Shown here piece by piece: positions 35,468 to 44,340 of a DNA stretch of 64,000 nt (position 1 is the first letter of the stretch; each line of letters opens with the position of its first letter). Position numbers and translations under genes: made by a program. The notes beneath the pieces were generated by a model. That model searched no databases and had not been told where the DNA came from. It saw nothing but the letters and a program-made list of their open reading frames with translations. This DNA comes from Treponemataceae bacterium (GTDB lineage: Bacteria; Spirochaetota; Spirochaetia; Treponematales; Treponemataceae): positions 2,819 through 66,818 of the forward strand of contig JAKSTU010000007.1 in assembly GCA_024402435.1 (NCBI GenBank), written 5' to 3'.

Positions 35468-37644
35468 TTGTTTCCTCCAAAAAAAGTTCCGAACAGGAGA
35501 TGCTTGGAACCGAAACTGGCTGCATAATTCAAAACCAGTTTAACTGTTACGGAATATTCTGAATGTTTCAGCTTCCGTGTAATATAACACACTGTCTGCT
35601 GTTTGGTTGCAGCAACAGTTTCTATTGCGTTGATCAGATGATCCGCATCATTGCTTCCTTCAAGATTTGAAAGAACAATCTTGGAGGAATTGATTTCTTC
35701 AATGCCGAACAGATCGATGAAGGTTTCGTTCATGCGGATAATTTCGCATTTTCCTTCTGAATATTCAAAAATGCAGACGGCTTTACGGGTTTTGAGAAAA
35801 TTTTGGAACTGAATTTCTGCAGTCATGAGATCTATGTTTTCTCTTTTTGCAAGTTCCCTTGATGAGGCAAAATCTTCTGCATGGCCTGAATCGGTAATCA
35901 GTTTTTCCAGTTCGGAATAAACTGTTGCAGAAGAATTATCCGGAGGCAATTTTTCCTGGTTTTCAATCATGGCTTCAAAGTCCGGAACCGGAATCGGGTG
36001 GGAAACATAGTAACCCTGAACATATTCACAGCCTATGCTTCGGAGAAATTCCACCTGCTCCTGGCTTTCTGCACCTTCTGCAATTACCGGAATGCCAAGA
36101 AGTTTTGCCATGCGTATGACCGAAGCAATAATGCTTTCTCCGCGTCCGGGAATGCGGGCTTTTGTAAGGAACTTCATGTCGATTTTAAGCACGTCTACAT
36201 TCAGGTCTTTCAGTGTGTTCAAAGAAGAATATCCTGAACCGAAGTCGTCCATAAGAACGACGAATCCTTTTTCCTGAAGACGCTGCATTGTTTCGTTCAT
36301 CATTTCGCTTGATTCAACAAAAGAACTTTCTGTAAGTTCAAGCTGAAGAAGTTTCGGTTCAATGCCGTATTTGACAGTCAGATTATAAATCAGGTCGACG
36401 ATTTTGGGGTTATAAAGATTGACTCTTGAAACATTTACGGAAATTGGCATGTCGTCAATTCCGCGCTTTACCCAGTCGGCCAAAAGCCTACAGGCGCTTT
36501 CCCACATATAATAATCCAGTTGGGAAATAAAACCGTTGTGTTCAAAAATCGGAATGAATTCACCGGGAGAAACCATTCCGTTGACAGGATGTTTCCAGCG
36601 AACAAGAGCTTCGGCACCAACAATCCGGTTGTTCTTGAGATCTTTTTTGGGCTGAAGGTACATGATGAACTGACCTTCGTTAAGAGCCTTTTTCATTTCG
36701 TTGGTAATAAGCTGCTCTTTTTCCAGTTCCTTGTGCATTTCTTCCGTGTACCAGGCAGCAACTTGAACGTAACTGCCTTTTGCAGTTTTTGCCGCAATTG
36801 TAGCCCTGTCATACATGTCGGAAGGTGACATGGTCGAATCTGTAACGGAGAAAAGTCCTATTGTGGGAACTATATCAAAATGATTGTTGTAGGAAGCGAG
36901 AATTCCGCGGATTTGATTGATTTTTTCTTCAAGCTGTTTTTCGATTATGGAAAAGTCGTTGTCAACTGAGAAAAATGCTGCAAAAACATCTGCTTCTATA
37001 CGGCCGAAAGTATAGATTTCTGAATCTTCCAGCAAAGTGGGAAAAAGGGAAGAAATGAATACAAGAAGATCATTGCCCTGTTTTTCGCCGAAGAATGCAT
37101 TTATAAGTGAAAAGCGGTCAATATCAAAGCGGAGAAAAATGAATTTGTGCTCGGGATTTTCATGAATTTTTTTCTGAATGTCTGAGAAAAACGCAGATTT
37201 GTTGTAAATGCCTGTAAGATCATCGTATTCTGCCATGTAGCTAAGCTGTTTGAGCACTGCAAGTTCGCTTCGGGCAATTGCATTTTTGAGACGGAAATAG
37301 ATGATTTCAGGAGTGTATGGTTTTGGAATGAAGTCCCATGCACCAAGGCTTAATGAACGGACTTCGTTTTCCGTATCGCTCTGACCGGTCAGAACCAGTA
37401 CAGGAATATTGTGGAATTTTACGTTGTCGTGAAGCGAGGTCAGAAACTGGTAACCGTTCATTTCGGGCATTACGATGTCCAGAAGGATTGCGGAAATTTC
37501 GTATTTGCCGGAATTCAGAATGTCCCAAGCTTTACTGCCGTTGGATACTTCAAGGGTTTTATACTGGACAGAAAGGATGTTTGAAAGGATACGCCGGTTG
37601 ACTTCACTGTCATCGACTATAAGAACGTACGGTTTATTCGTCAT
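35464..37644 (-). CDS. response regulator with REC, a degenerate GGDEF domain, an EAL phosphodiesterase and an extra PAS-like C-terminal domain
   Basis: REC: VLIVDDSEVN...AILLDIVMPEMNG. GGDEF site reads GRIEADVF. EAL motifs: EALVRW, ELTES, DDFGSGYSSL, KIDMKF, EGAES, QGYY. Confidence 0.9.
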   Translation of the reverse strand: MTNKPYVLIVDDSEVNRRILSNILSVQYKTLEVSNGSKAWDILNSGKYEISAILLDIVMPEMNGYQFLTSLHDNVKFHNIPVLVLTGQSDTENEVRSLSLGAWDFIPKPYTPEIIYFRLKNAIARSELAVLKQLSYMAEYDDLTGIYNKSAFFSDIQKKIHENPEHKFIFLRFDIDRFSLINAFFGEKQGNDLLVFISSLFPTLLEDSEIYTFGRIEADVFAAFFSVDNDFSIIEKQLEEKINQIRGILASYNNHFDIVPTIGLFSVTDSTMSPSDMYDRATIAAKTAKGSYVQVAAWYTEEMHKELEKEQLITNEMKKALNEGQFIMYLQPKKDLKNNRIVGAEALVRWKHPVNGMVSPGEFIPIFEHNGFISQLDYYMWESACRLLADWVKRGIDDMPISVNVSRVNLYNPKIVDLIYNLTVKYGIEPKLLQLELTESSFVESSEMMNETMQRLQEKGFVVLMDDFGSGYSSLNTLKDLNVDVLKIDMKFLTKARIPGRGESIIASVIRMAKLLGIPVIAEGAESQEQVEFLRSIGCEYVQGYYVSHPIPVPDFEAMIENQEKLPPDNSSATVYSELEKLITDSGHAEDFASSRELAKRENIDLMTAEIQFQNFLKTRKAVCIFEYSEGKCEIIRMNETFIDLFGIEEINSSKIVLSNLEGSNDADHLINAIETVAATKQQTVCYITRKLKHSEYSVTVKLVLNYAASFGSKHLLFGTFFGGNK

Positions 37645-37808
37645 ATAATGTTTTCACCCCACAAATGCTCGGTTACAGTGTATAACAAGGGTCGAAAACT
37701 TGTTAAGAATAGTTTACGATTAATATGAAAAATTCTTAAAAAAACTGAGAAATGCCCGATAAATGAATTTTTATGCTTCAATCGGTTGTTTTGAGTGAAA
37801 ACAAAAAA

Positions 37809-37835
37809 AAGAACTTTAAAAATATTAAAGTTCTT
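37809..37835. promoter_or_regulatory. palindrome AAGAACTTTAA-N5-TTAAAGTTCTT (operator candidate) abutting the -35 of the XRE-cupin gene
   Basis: 11-bp perfect arms at 37809-37819 and 37825-37835. Confidence 0.6.
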
Positions 37836-37862
37836 GCAGTAAAATTAAAAGCATGATACAGT
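37834..37862 (+). promoter_or_regulatory. promoter TTGCAG-N17-(TG-n-)TACAGT, 6 nt upstream of ATG 37869 (leaderless candidate)
   Basis: -35 at 37834-37839, extended TG at 37854-37855 and -10 at 37857-37862. No SD. Confidence 0.5.
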
Positions 37863-37868
37863 AACATT

Positions 37869-38414
37869 ATGAATGAAGCAATCAAAGCGGTAGCAGACCG
37901 GCTTAAAGGTCTGCGTGAGGTAATGGACGTTTCGGTCGAAGATGCGGCAGCCGTTTGTGGAATTACACCGGAACAGTATTCAACATATGAATCCGGGGAA
38001 ATTGATATTCCTGTTGGAGTTCTGCAGTGTCTTGCAAAAGAGTACAATATTGACTTGACCGTGCTCATTTCCGGCAGTGAACCCCACATGAAAAGCTATT
38101 TTCTTACAAAGAAAGGCAAGGGAATTTCTGTTGACCGCAGAAGTGACTATAAATATCAGTCTTTGGCTTTCGGATTTTCTCATCGCAGGGCAGATCCGTT
38201 CATTGTTCAGGTTGATCCCAAAGAAGAAATGCACTTGAACAGCCATCCCGGCCATGAATTGAACTACATGCTTGAAGGTTCAATGCTGGTTTCTGTGGAC
38301 GGAAAGGAAATGCGTCTGGACGAAGGCGACTGTCTGTATTTTGACGCAACAAAGCAGCATGGAATGAAGGCACTTGACGGTGCAAAAGCAAAATTTCTGG
38401 CAGTTATCATCTGA
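37869..38414 (+). CDS. XRE-family HTH + cupin domain transcriptional regulator
   Basis: N-terminal HTH_3 pattern (LKGLREVMDVSVEDAAAVCGITPEQYSTYESGE). C-terminal cupin (HPGHELNYMLEGSMLVSVDGKEMRLDEGDCLYFD). Confidence 0.88.
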   Translation: MNEAIKAVADRLKGLREVMDVSVEDAAAVCGITPEQYSTYESGEIDIPVGVLQCLAKEYNIDLTVLISGSEPHMKSYFLTKKGKGISVDRRSDYKYQSLAFGFSHRRADPFIVQVDPKEEMHLNSHPGHELNYMLEGSMLVSVDGKEMRLDEGDCLYFDATKQHGMKALDGAKAKFLAVII

Positions 38415-38462
38415 TCCGCAGGAAAAATCATTTATAAGGTTTAGATATTAGGTTTAGATATT

Positions 38463-40196
38463 ATGGAAGAAAAATACTTACCCAGAACAGAATTCAGTTC
38501 CTATGAGGACTTTTTTGCCAACTACAAAGTTGAAATCCCTGAAAATTTCAACTTTGCTTATGATGTAATGGACGCTCTTGCTGACAAACGCGGGAACGAC
38601 AGAGCCCTTGTATGGACAAATGACGAAGGTGTCAGCCTGGAATTCACTTATGATGAAATCCGCAAGCGCACCAATAAAGCCGCTCAGTTCTTCAAAAACT
38701 GCGGAATCGGCCGCGGTGACATGGTTATGCTGATTCTTCAGCGCCGTTATGAGTTCTGGATTTCAATTCTTGCTCTGCACAAACTTGGTGCAAGTGTTAT
38801 TCCTGCAACACATATGCTTACAAAAGAAGATATCGTATACCGCAACAATGTGGCAGAGATCAAAGCGATTGTTGCTGTAAACGACGGTGACATTCTCAAG
38901 CACATTGACGACAGTGTGCCGGAAAGTCCTTCTCTTAAAATCCGCATTGCAGCAAATGTTCACGGGGTGGATATTTCCAACGGACAGAGCTATACAAGTC
39001 CTGACGGAAATGTGTATGAATCAAAACCGCTGCCCGAAGGATGGCTGGATTTTACAGACGGTGTTGCAGCCGCTGATGAACTTCCTGTTCCTACAGCAGA
39101 AGACCGCAAGAAAATCAACAGCAATGATGACATTATGCTCAGTTATTTTACAAGCGGTACTACAAGTCACCCGAAACTTGTTGCACATGACTTTACTTAT
39201 CCGCTGGGACACATTCCTACTGCAAAATACTGGCAGCAGGTTCAGAACGGCGGTCTTCATCTGACTGTTGCTGACACAGGTTGGGGAAAAGCAGTCTGGG
39301 GAAAACTGTATGGTCAGTGGATCTGCGAATGTGCCGTATTTGTTTACGATTATCATGCCAGATTCAAGCCTGTTGACCTGATGGCAAAAATCGAGGCCTA
39401 TCACATTACTTCTTTCTGTGCTCCGCCTACAATTTACCGCTTCCTGATTCAGGAAGACCTGAGCAAATATGACTTGAGTTCTTTGAAACATTGTTCCACT
39501 GCAGGTGAGGCCCTGAGTGATGAAGTTTACAACAAGTGGCTTGAGATTACCGGTCTTGAACTGCGTGAAGGTTTCGGACAGACTGAGACAACTCTTTCTC
39601 TGTTCAACTTCGGCAATGAAAAAGTAAAACCCGGTTCAATCGGAAAACCTGCTCCCTATTACAATGCAGTTCTTCTTGATGAAAACCTGGAGCCTTGTGA
39701 AGACGGTGAAGTAGGTGAAATTGCTTTTCCGCTCAAAGACGGAAAATTCCCCGGCCTGTTCATTGATTACTACCGTGATCCGGAGAAAAAAGCTGAAGTA
39801 ATCCACGACGGTTATTACTTTACCGGTGACACTGCATGGCGCGATGAAGACGGATTCTTCTGGTTCACAGGGCGCAGTGACGATGTTATCAAATGTTCCG
39901 GTTACCGTATCGGTACTTTTGAGGTTGAAAGCGTTCTTATGCAGCATCCTGCTGTTGTGGAGTGTGCAATTACCGGTGCGCCCGACCCGATCCGCGGTCA
40001 GGTTGTAAAGGCAACCATCGTTCTTGCAAAGGGATATACCCCCAGTGACGAACTTGTAAAGGACATTCAGACTTTTGTAAAGAAGACTACTGCGCCTTAC
40101 AAATATCCGCGTATTGTTGAGTTTGTTGACGAACTGCCGAAGACAATCAGCGGTAAGATCAAACGCCGCGATCTGCGCAAAAAAGACGAAAAATAA
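38463..40196 (+). CDS. AMP-forming acyl-CoA synthetase (medium-chain/acetyl-CoA synthetase-like)
   Basis: SYFTSGTTSHPKLV, GFGQTETT, YFTGDTAWRDEDGFFWFTGRSDDVIK and PKTISGKIKR motifs. Confidence 0.9.
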   Translation: MEEKYLPRTEFSSYEDFFANYKVEIPENFNFAYDVMDALADKRGNDRALVWTNDEGVSLEFTYDEIRKRTNKAAQFFKNCGIGRGDMVMLILQRRYEFWISILALHKLGASVIPATHMLTKEDIVYRNNVAEIKAIVAVNDGDILKHIDDSVPESPSLKIRIAANVHGVDISNGQSYTSPDGNVYESKPLPEGWLDFTDGVAAADELPVPTAEDRKKINSNDDIMLSYFTSGTTSHPKLVAHDFTYPLGHIPTAKYWQQVQNGGLHLTVADTGWGKAVWGKLYGQWICECAVFVYDYHARFKPVDLMAKIEAYHITSFCAPPTIYRFLIQEDLSKYDLSSLKHCSTAGEALSDEVYNKWLEITGLELREGFGQTETTLSLFNFGNEKVKPGSIGKPAPYYNAVLLDENLEPCEDGEVGEIAFPLKDGKFPGLFIDYYRDPEKKAEVIHDGYYFTGDTAWRDEDGFFWFTGRSDDVIKCSGYRIGTFEVESVLMQHPAVVECAITGAPDPIRGQVVKATIVLAKGYTPSDELVKDIQTFVKKTTAPYKYPRIVEFVDELPKTISGKIKRRDLRKKDEK

Positions 40197-40220
40197 CACG
40201 CAATCTGCGTAATAAAAGAA

Positions 40221-40282
40221 GGCCGTCTGCGCCGGATGAACTGCAAAATTGCAATTCATTTGGTACAGACGGCCTTTTTTTT
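40221..40282. terminator. bidirectional intrinsic terminator between convergent genes
   Basis: GGCCGTCTG ... CAGACGGCC with T8 on the plus side (40275-40282) and a T-rich flank on the minus side (TTCTTTTATT). Confidence 0.8.
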
Positions 40283-40312
40283 GGGGGCGTTGCGGGGGAA
40301 GGATGACAGGTG

Positions 40313-41818
40313 TCAGACCCTGCATTCGTCCAGGCGGCGGAGGCGGGCTTCGTCGATTGTTATGGACAGATTTTTTTCGTGGGTGGGAAGAACTTTTCCT
40401 TTTGGGCCGTCTTTTGCGCGGCGGAGGTATTTTACCTGGGTTACGTACAAGTCTGCGGCTTTGTTCTGGCGGGCTTTTGAGTAGTGGACTGCCAGATTTC
40501 CTGCGTCAAGAAGGATTTCCAGAGGAACGGTTTTTCCGGACTGTGCTTTGATGAAAACATATCCGCCCGGCCAGTCGCGGGTGTGGAGCCAAGTGTCTGC
40601 ACCGCGGACGTGATGACGAAGCAGCTCATCGTTTTCGTCGGCTTCCCGGCCTACAAAAATTGTCCAGCCGTTTACCTGATAGGTTACTCCCGGATGTTTT
40701 TTCACAATCTGCTGTTTGGGCTTTGTTTCCTTACGAATCATCTGCTGCATGCGGATCGGATTGGGCTCTTTGCAGACCATTTCGTAAGTGAATTCAAGAT
40801 CACGCAATTCTTTTTTTGCTTTCTGAATGTCGTGTTCAAGATCTTCAAGGCCGGACACTGCTTTTTTGTATTTTTCGTAGTAAATCTGTGCGTTTTCCTG
40901 CACCCGTTTTTTGGGATCAATTACAATGCGGACTTGTGTTCCGGTTTCATAATCTTCGCAGTCAAGGTAATTTGTGGTTCCGTCAATAAGGTGTCCGAAG
41001 CTGAGAATCAGATCCCCCTGATGTTTCCATTGTTCGGCGGAAAGAAATGACTGTTTTTTGCTTTCAAGACGGCTCAATGCGGCTGTCATCCGCTCTTTGC
41101 GTGCTTTGTAAAGTTTTTCAGCCTGTTCCAGAAGGGCGGTGCGGGACAGTGTCTGTGCATTTTCTGCGTACCAGCGGTCGATGAAGTCGTTGAATTCCTG
41201 ACCTTCTGGAACAAAAGGGCTGTCTGCTTTGTTTTCGTTTTCTGCTTTGTCCGCACTTTCGGCTTTGTCAGAAACGTCCGCCGTTTCATCCGGGTTTTGA
41301 GAACGAACCGGATATTTTTCAGCAGCTTCTGCAAGTTGCGCTTCTGTAAGGGGTTCAGATTCCGGAAGCTGGAAAACTCCGCCTGAAACTTCTCCTTTTT
41401 TGGGACGGCGGAAAAAAACGTCAAGAATGTTGTAGTCTTTGTCTGTAACGATGATGTTTGCGGCAGAACTCCAAAGGCGCAGGAAAATTACGAATTCTTC
41501 CTGACTGTTGGAAATGTCCATGCGGACAATGCGGTCAAGGCCGATTTGTGTGCAGGAGTTTATGCGGCAGCCTTTTATCCGGGACTTGAGGAATTCCATA
41601 AAGCGCAGAGGTTTGTCGTTTTTGGGAATTTTCCGCTGCGTGCTGTGGAGCCGTGTGGCGCCGGGTGCAAGACAGATAAAAAGTGTAGTGCTGCGGCCGT
41701 TTTTGTAGCAATAAAGGGCAAGTGAATCAAAACCGGGCTGCACGATCTGCTGGATGAAAGAGCCGGACAAATCAAGTTCGTCAAGAATCAGGTTGATTTC
41801 GTTACAATTCAGGGACAT
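40313..41818 (-). CDS. NFACT-family RNA-binding protein (RqcH / FbpA-like, with NFACT-R/DUF814)
   Basis: N-terminus MSLNCNEINLILDELDLSGSFIQQIVQPG, coiled-coil middle and DUF814 motif ADTWLHTRDWPGGYVFIK. ATG 41818 is preferred over the GTG at 41902 on family N-terminus grounds. Confidence 0.85.
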   Translation of the reverse strand: MSLNCNEINLILDELDLSGSFIQQIVQPGFDSLALYCYKNGRSTTLFICLAPGATRLHSTQRKIPKNDKPLRFMEFLKSRIKGCRINSCTQIGLDRIVRMDISNSQEEFVIFLRLWSSAANIIVTDKDYNILDVFFRRPKKGEVSGGVFQLPESEPLTEAQLAEAAEKYPVRSQNPDETADVSDKAESADKAENENKADSPFVPEGQEFNDFIDRWYAENAQTLSRTALLEQAEKLYKARKERMTAALSRLESKKQSFLSAEQWKHQGDLILSFGHLIDGTTNYLDCEDYETGTQVRIVIDPKKRVQENAQIYYEKYKKAVSGLEDLEHDIQKAKKELRDLEFTYEMVCKEPNPIRMQQMIRKETKPKQQIVKKHPGVTYQVNGWTIFVGREADENDELLRHHVRGADTWLHTRDWPGGYVFIKAQSGKTVPLEILLDAGNLAVHYSKARQNKAADLYVTQVKYLRRAKDGPKGKVLPTHEKNLSITIDEARLRRLDECRV

Positions 41819-41824
41819 GAGGGC

Positions 41825-41854
41825 ATTATAGCAAATCATTCCGATGGGCGACAA
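41825..41854 (-). promoter_or_regulatory. promoter TTGTCG-N18-(TG-n-)TATAAT, 6 nt upstream of ATG 41818 (leaderless candidate)
   Basis: The minus strand reads ...ATTGTCGCCCATCGGAATGATTTGCTATAATGCCCTCATG. Confidence 0.5.
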
Positions 41855-41938
41855 TGCGGAAACAATCACTTTGGGAATGGAATATTTCCGAAAATCTTTC
41901 ACTTTCCGAGGCTGAAAAAAATCATTATATTTTTTTAT

Positions 41939-42655
41939 GTGACAGAACGACTCATTTCCATTTTGACCGATTCATTCCTTAAAATCCTTGTTCCGGGAAT
42001 TTGCGTTACAATTCCGCTCACAGTCATTTCCTTCTTCTTTGCCATGATCATTGCTGTGGTTGTTTCTCTTGTGCAGTACGCCCGGGTTAAGATTTTGAGT
42101 CCCCTTTGCCGTTTCTACATTTGGATCATCCGCGGAACACCGCTTCTTGTTCAGCTTTATGTAGTTTTTTTCGGTCTGCCTTCTCTGGGCATAATGATTG
42201 ATCCGCTTCCCTGTGCAATTCTGGTTTTTGCCATAAATGAAGGCGCCTATTGTGCAGAGACTTTGCGCGGAGCTTTGGAAAGTGTTCCCAAAGGTCAGAT
42301 TGAAGCCGGCTTGTGTTCCGGGCTTTCCTACATTCAGATCATGTGGCACATTGTGCTGCCTCAGGCTTTCAGAACGGCTTTTCCTGCTCTGTCAAATTCG
42401 CTTATTTCAATGGTAAAAGATACTTCTCTTGCTGCAAACATTACGGTTGCTGAAATGTTCATGGCAACTCAGAGAATTGTTGCACGCACTTATGAGCCCC
42501 TTGCACTTTACATTGAAGTTGCATTGATTTATCTGCTTTTTTCAACAGTGCTTACCCGGCTGCAGCATTTCGGGGAACGGAAACTTGATGTTACCCGCAA
42601 AAAAACTCCTGACCAGCTGCAGAAAAACGGCGGCAGAAGCGAGGCCAAAAAATGA
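41939..42655 (+). CDS. amino acid ABC transporter permease (His/Glu/Gln/Arg/opine family)
   Basis: Conserved IRGTPLLVQLYVVFFGLP and the EAA loop NEGAYCAETLRGALESVPKGQIEAG. GTG start is uncertain. Confidence 0.88.
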   Translation: MTERLISILTDSFLKILVPGICVTIPLTVISFFFAMIIAVVVSLVQYARVKILSPLCRFYIWIIRGTPLLVQLYVVFFGLPSLGIMIDPLPCAILVFAINEGAYCAETLRGALESVPKGQIEAGLCSGLSYIQIMWHIVLPQAFRTAFPALSNSLISMVKDTSLAANITVAEMFMATQRIVARTYEPLALYIEVALIYLLFSTVLTRLQHFGERKLDVTRKKTPDQLQKNGGRSEAKK

Positions 42656-43386
42656 TTGAAATCCGCGATGTGAAAAAAAACTTCGGAAATCTTTCTGTTC
42701 TTGGCGGAATCAGTCTGAATATTCAGAAAGGTGATGTGGTTGCGCTTTTGGGGTCATCCGGTTCCGGAAAAACTACTTTGCTCAGAATAATGAATTTTCT
42801 TGAAACTGCGGATTCCGGCACAATGATTTTTGGTGAAGAACGGCTGGATTTGTCTGCAGTCACAAAAAAACAGGCGGCAATGATCAGAAGAAATACTTCT
42901 TTTGTGTTCCAGAACTACAATCTTTGGGCAAACAAAACGGCTCTGCAGAATGTTATGCTTGCTCTTACCGTAGCGCGAAAGGTTCCTGCTGAAAAAGCCC
43001 GGACTTTGGCAATGGCTGCTCTTGAAAAGGTGAACATGTCCAGTTTTGCGGCCTATTACCCTCATCAGCTGTCCGGCGGTCAGCAGCAGCGTGTAGCTAT
43101 TGCACGGGCAATTGTAACTGAACCGAAGATCATCTATTTTGACGAACCTACTAGCGCTCTGGATCCTGAACTTACGGGTGAAGTGCTGGACGTAATCCGT
43201 AAACTGGCGGCCGACGGAATGACAATGCTGATTGTTACTCACGAAATGTCTTTTGCTCGTAGCGTTTCTACAAAGACTGTCATTCTGGACAAAGGTCAGA
43301 TTGTGGAACAGGGCGATACTGAAGAAGTCTTTGAGAACCCGAAAAATGAGCGGACAAAGCTTTTTGTAAGCGGTCGCAGTGAATGA
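42652..43386 (+). CDS. amino acid ABC transporter ATP-binding protein
   Basis: Walker A GSSGSGKTT, signature LSGGQQQRVAIARA and Walker [17 protein letters not shown] overlap with the previous gene. Confidence 0.94.
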   Translation: MIEIRDVKKNFGNLSVLGGISLNIQKGDVVALLGSSGSGKTTLLRIMNFLETADSGTMIFGEERLDLSAVTKKQAAMIRRNTSFVFQNYNLWANKTALQNVMLALTVARKVPAEKARTLAMAALEKVNMSSFAAYYPHQLSGGQQQRVAIARAIVTEPKIIYFDEPTSALDPELTGEVLDVIRKLAADGMTMLIVTHEMSFARSVSTKTVILDKGQIVEQGDTEEVFENPKNERTKLFVSGRSE

Positions 43387-43495
43387 ATCCCTGAAAAATG
43401 CTGGAAATTGGCCGCAATATTCAGCGGTTATGAATTCGTAAGTCGTCTCATTTGGGATAATTTGAGACAGATATAGAATATCGGAGGAACTGACT

Positions 43496-44284
43496 ATGAA
43501 AAAATTGGTTCTTGCACTTCTGGTGCTTGTTCTGTGCAGTGCCGCAGTGTTTGCGGGCGGAAAGAAGGAAACAGGTGACCTTCTTGAAAACGTAAAGGCA
43601 AAAGGCAAACTGACTGTTGCAATGGAAGGAACTTGGGCTCCCTGGACTTATCATGATGAAAGCGGTGCTTTGGTCGGATTTGATACGGAAGTAGCAGCTG
43701 CCATTGCTGCAAAACTCGGTGTTTCTGCTGAATACGCAGAAGGTGAATGGGACGGACTTTTTGCCGGCCTTGATGCAAAACGCTATGATCTGATTGTAAA
43801 CGGTGTTGAATACACAGAAGAGCGCGCCCTCAAATATGACTTTACTGAGCCTTACGGTTATATCCACACTGCACTTATTGTCCGCGAAGACAATGATACA
43901 ATCAGAACTTTTGCAGATCTGGCAGGCACAACAACTACAAACTCAATCGGAAGCACATACATGGAACTGGCTGAGTCTTACGGCGCAAAAGTTCTCGGTG
44001 TTGATTCTCTGGAGCAGACTCTGCAGATGGTAATCAGCGGACGTGCTGATGCTACACTCAATGCTGATGTTTCTTACTACGATTATCTTGCAGTTCATCC
44101 GGAAGCTCCCCTCAAAGTTGTAGCACTTACGGAAGACGCTTCAAAAGTTGTAATTCCTGTACGCAAAGGTGCAGAGAATGCCGCATTCAAAGCAGCCGTT
44201 GACTCAGCAATCAGAGAACTGCGTGCTGACGGAACTTTGTCTGCAATCTCTGTAAAATATTTCGGAAGCGACATTACAAAATAA
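43496..44284 (+). CDS. amino acid ABC transporter substrate-binding protein (family 3)
   Basis: GGAGG RBS. Signal MKKLVLALLVLVLCSAAVFAGG. SBP_bac_3 patterns (GKLTVAMEGTWAPWTY, GFDTEVAAAIAAKLG, YDLIVNGV). Confidence 0.9.
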   Translation: MKKLVLALLVLVLCSAAVFAGGKKETGDLLENVKAKGKLTVAMEGTWAPWTYHDESGALVGFDTEVAAAIAAKLGVSAEYAEGEWDGLFAGLDAKRYDLIVNGVEYTEERALKYDFTEPYGYIHTALIVREDNDTIRTFADLAGTTTTNSIGSTYMELAESYGAKVLGVDSLEQTLQMVISGRADATLNADVSYYDYLAVHPEAPLKVVALTEDASKVVIPVRKGAENAAFKAAVDSAIRELRADGTLSAISVKYFGSDITK

Positions 44285-44340
44285 CGCTTCTGCTATAAAC
44301 TCCCGACTTGCGATGCCGAATATATTATTGGAGGCAAAAA

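Noticed and set aside
42754-43608. 284-aa minus-strand ORF. The same issue applies to 39636-40325, 12044-12736, 13438-14010, 23440-24057 and 7623-8225.
   Set aside because: All are antisense shadows of strongly supported genes: ABC ATPase and SBP, acyl-CoA synthetase, the putative OMP, the anti-sigma candidate, pgk and the acyl-CoA ligase. None has an RBS or domain signature.
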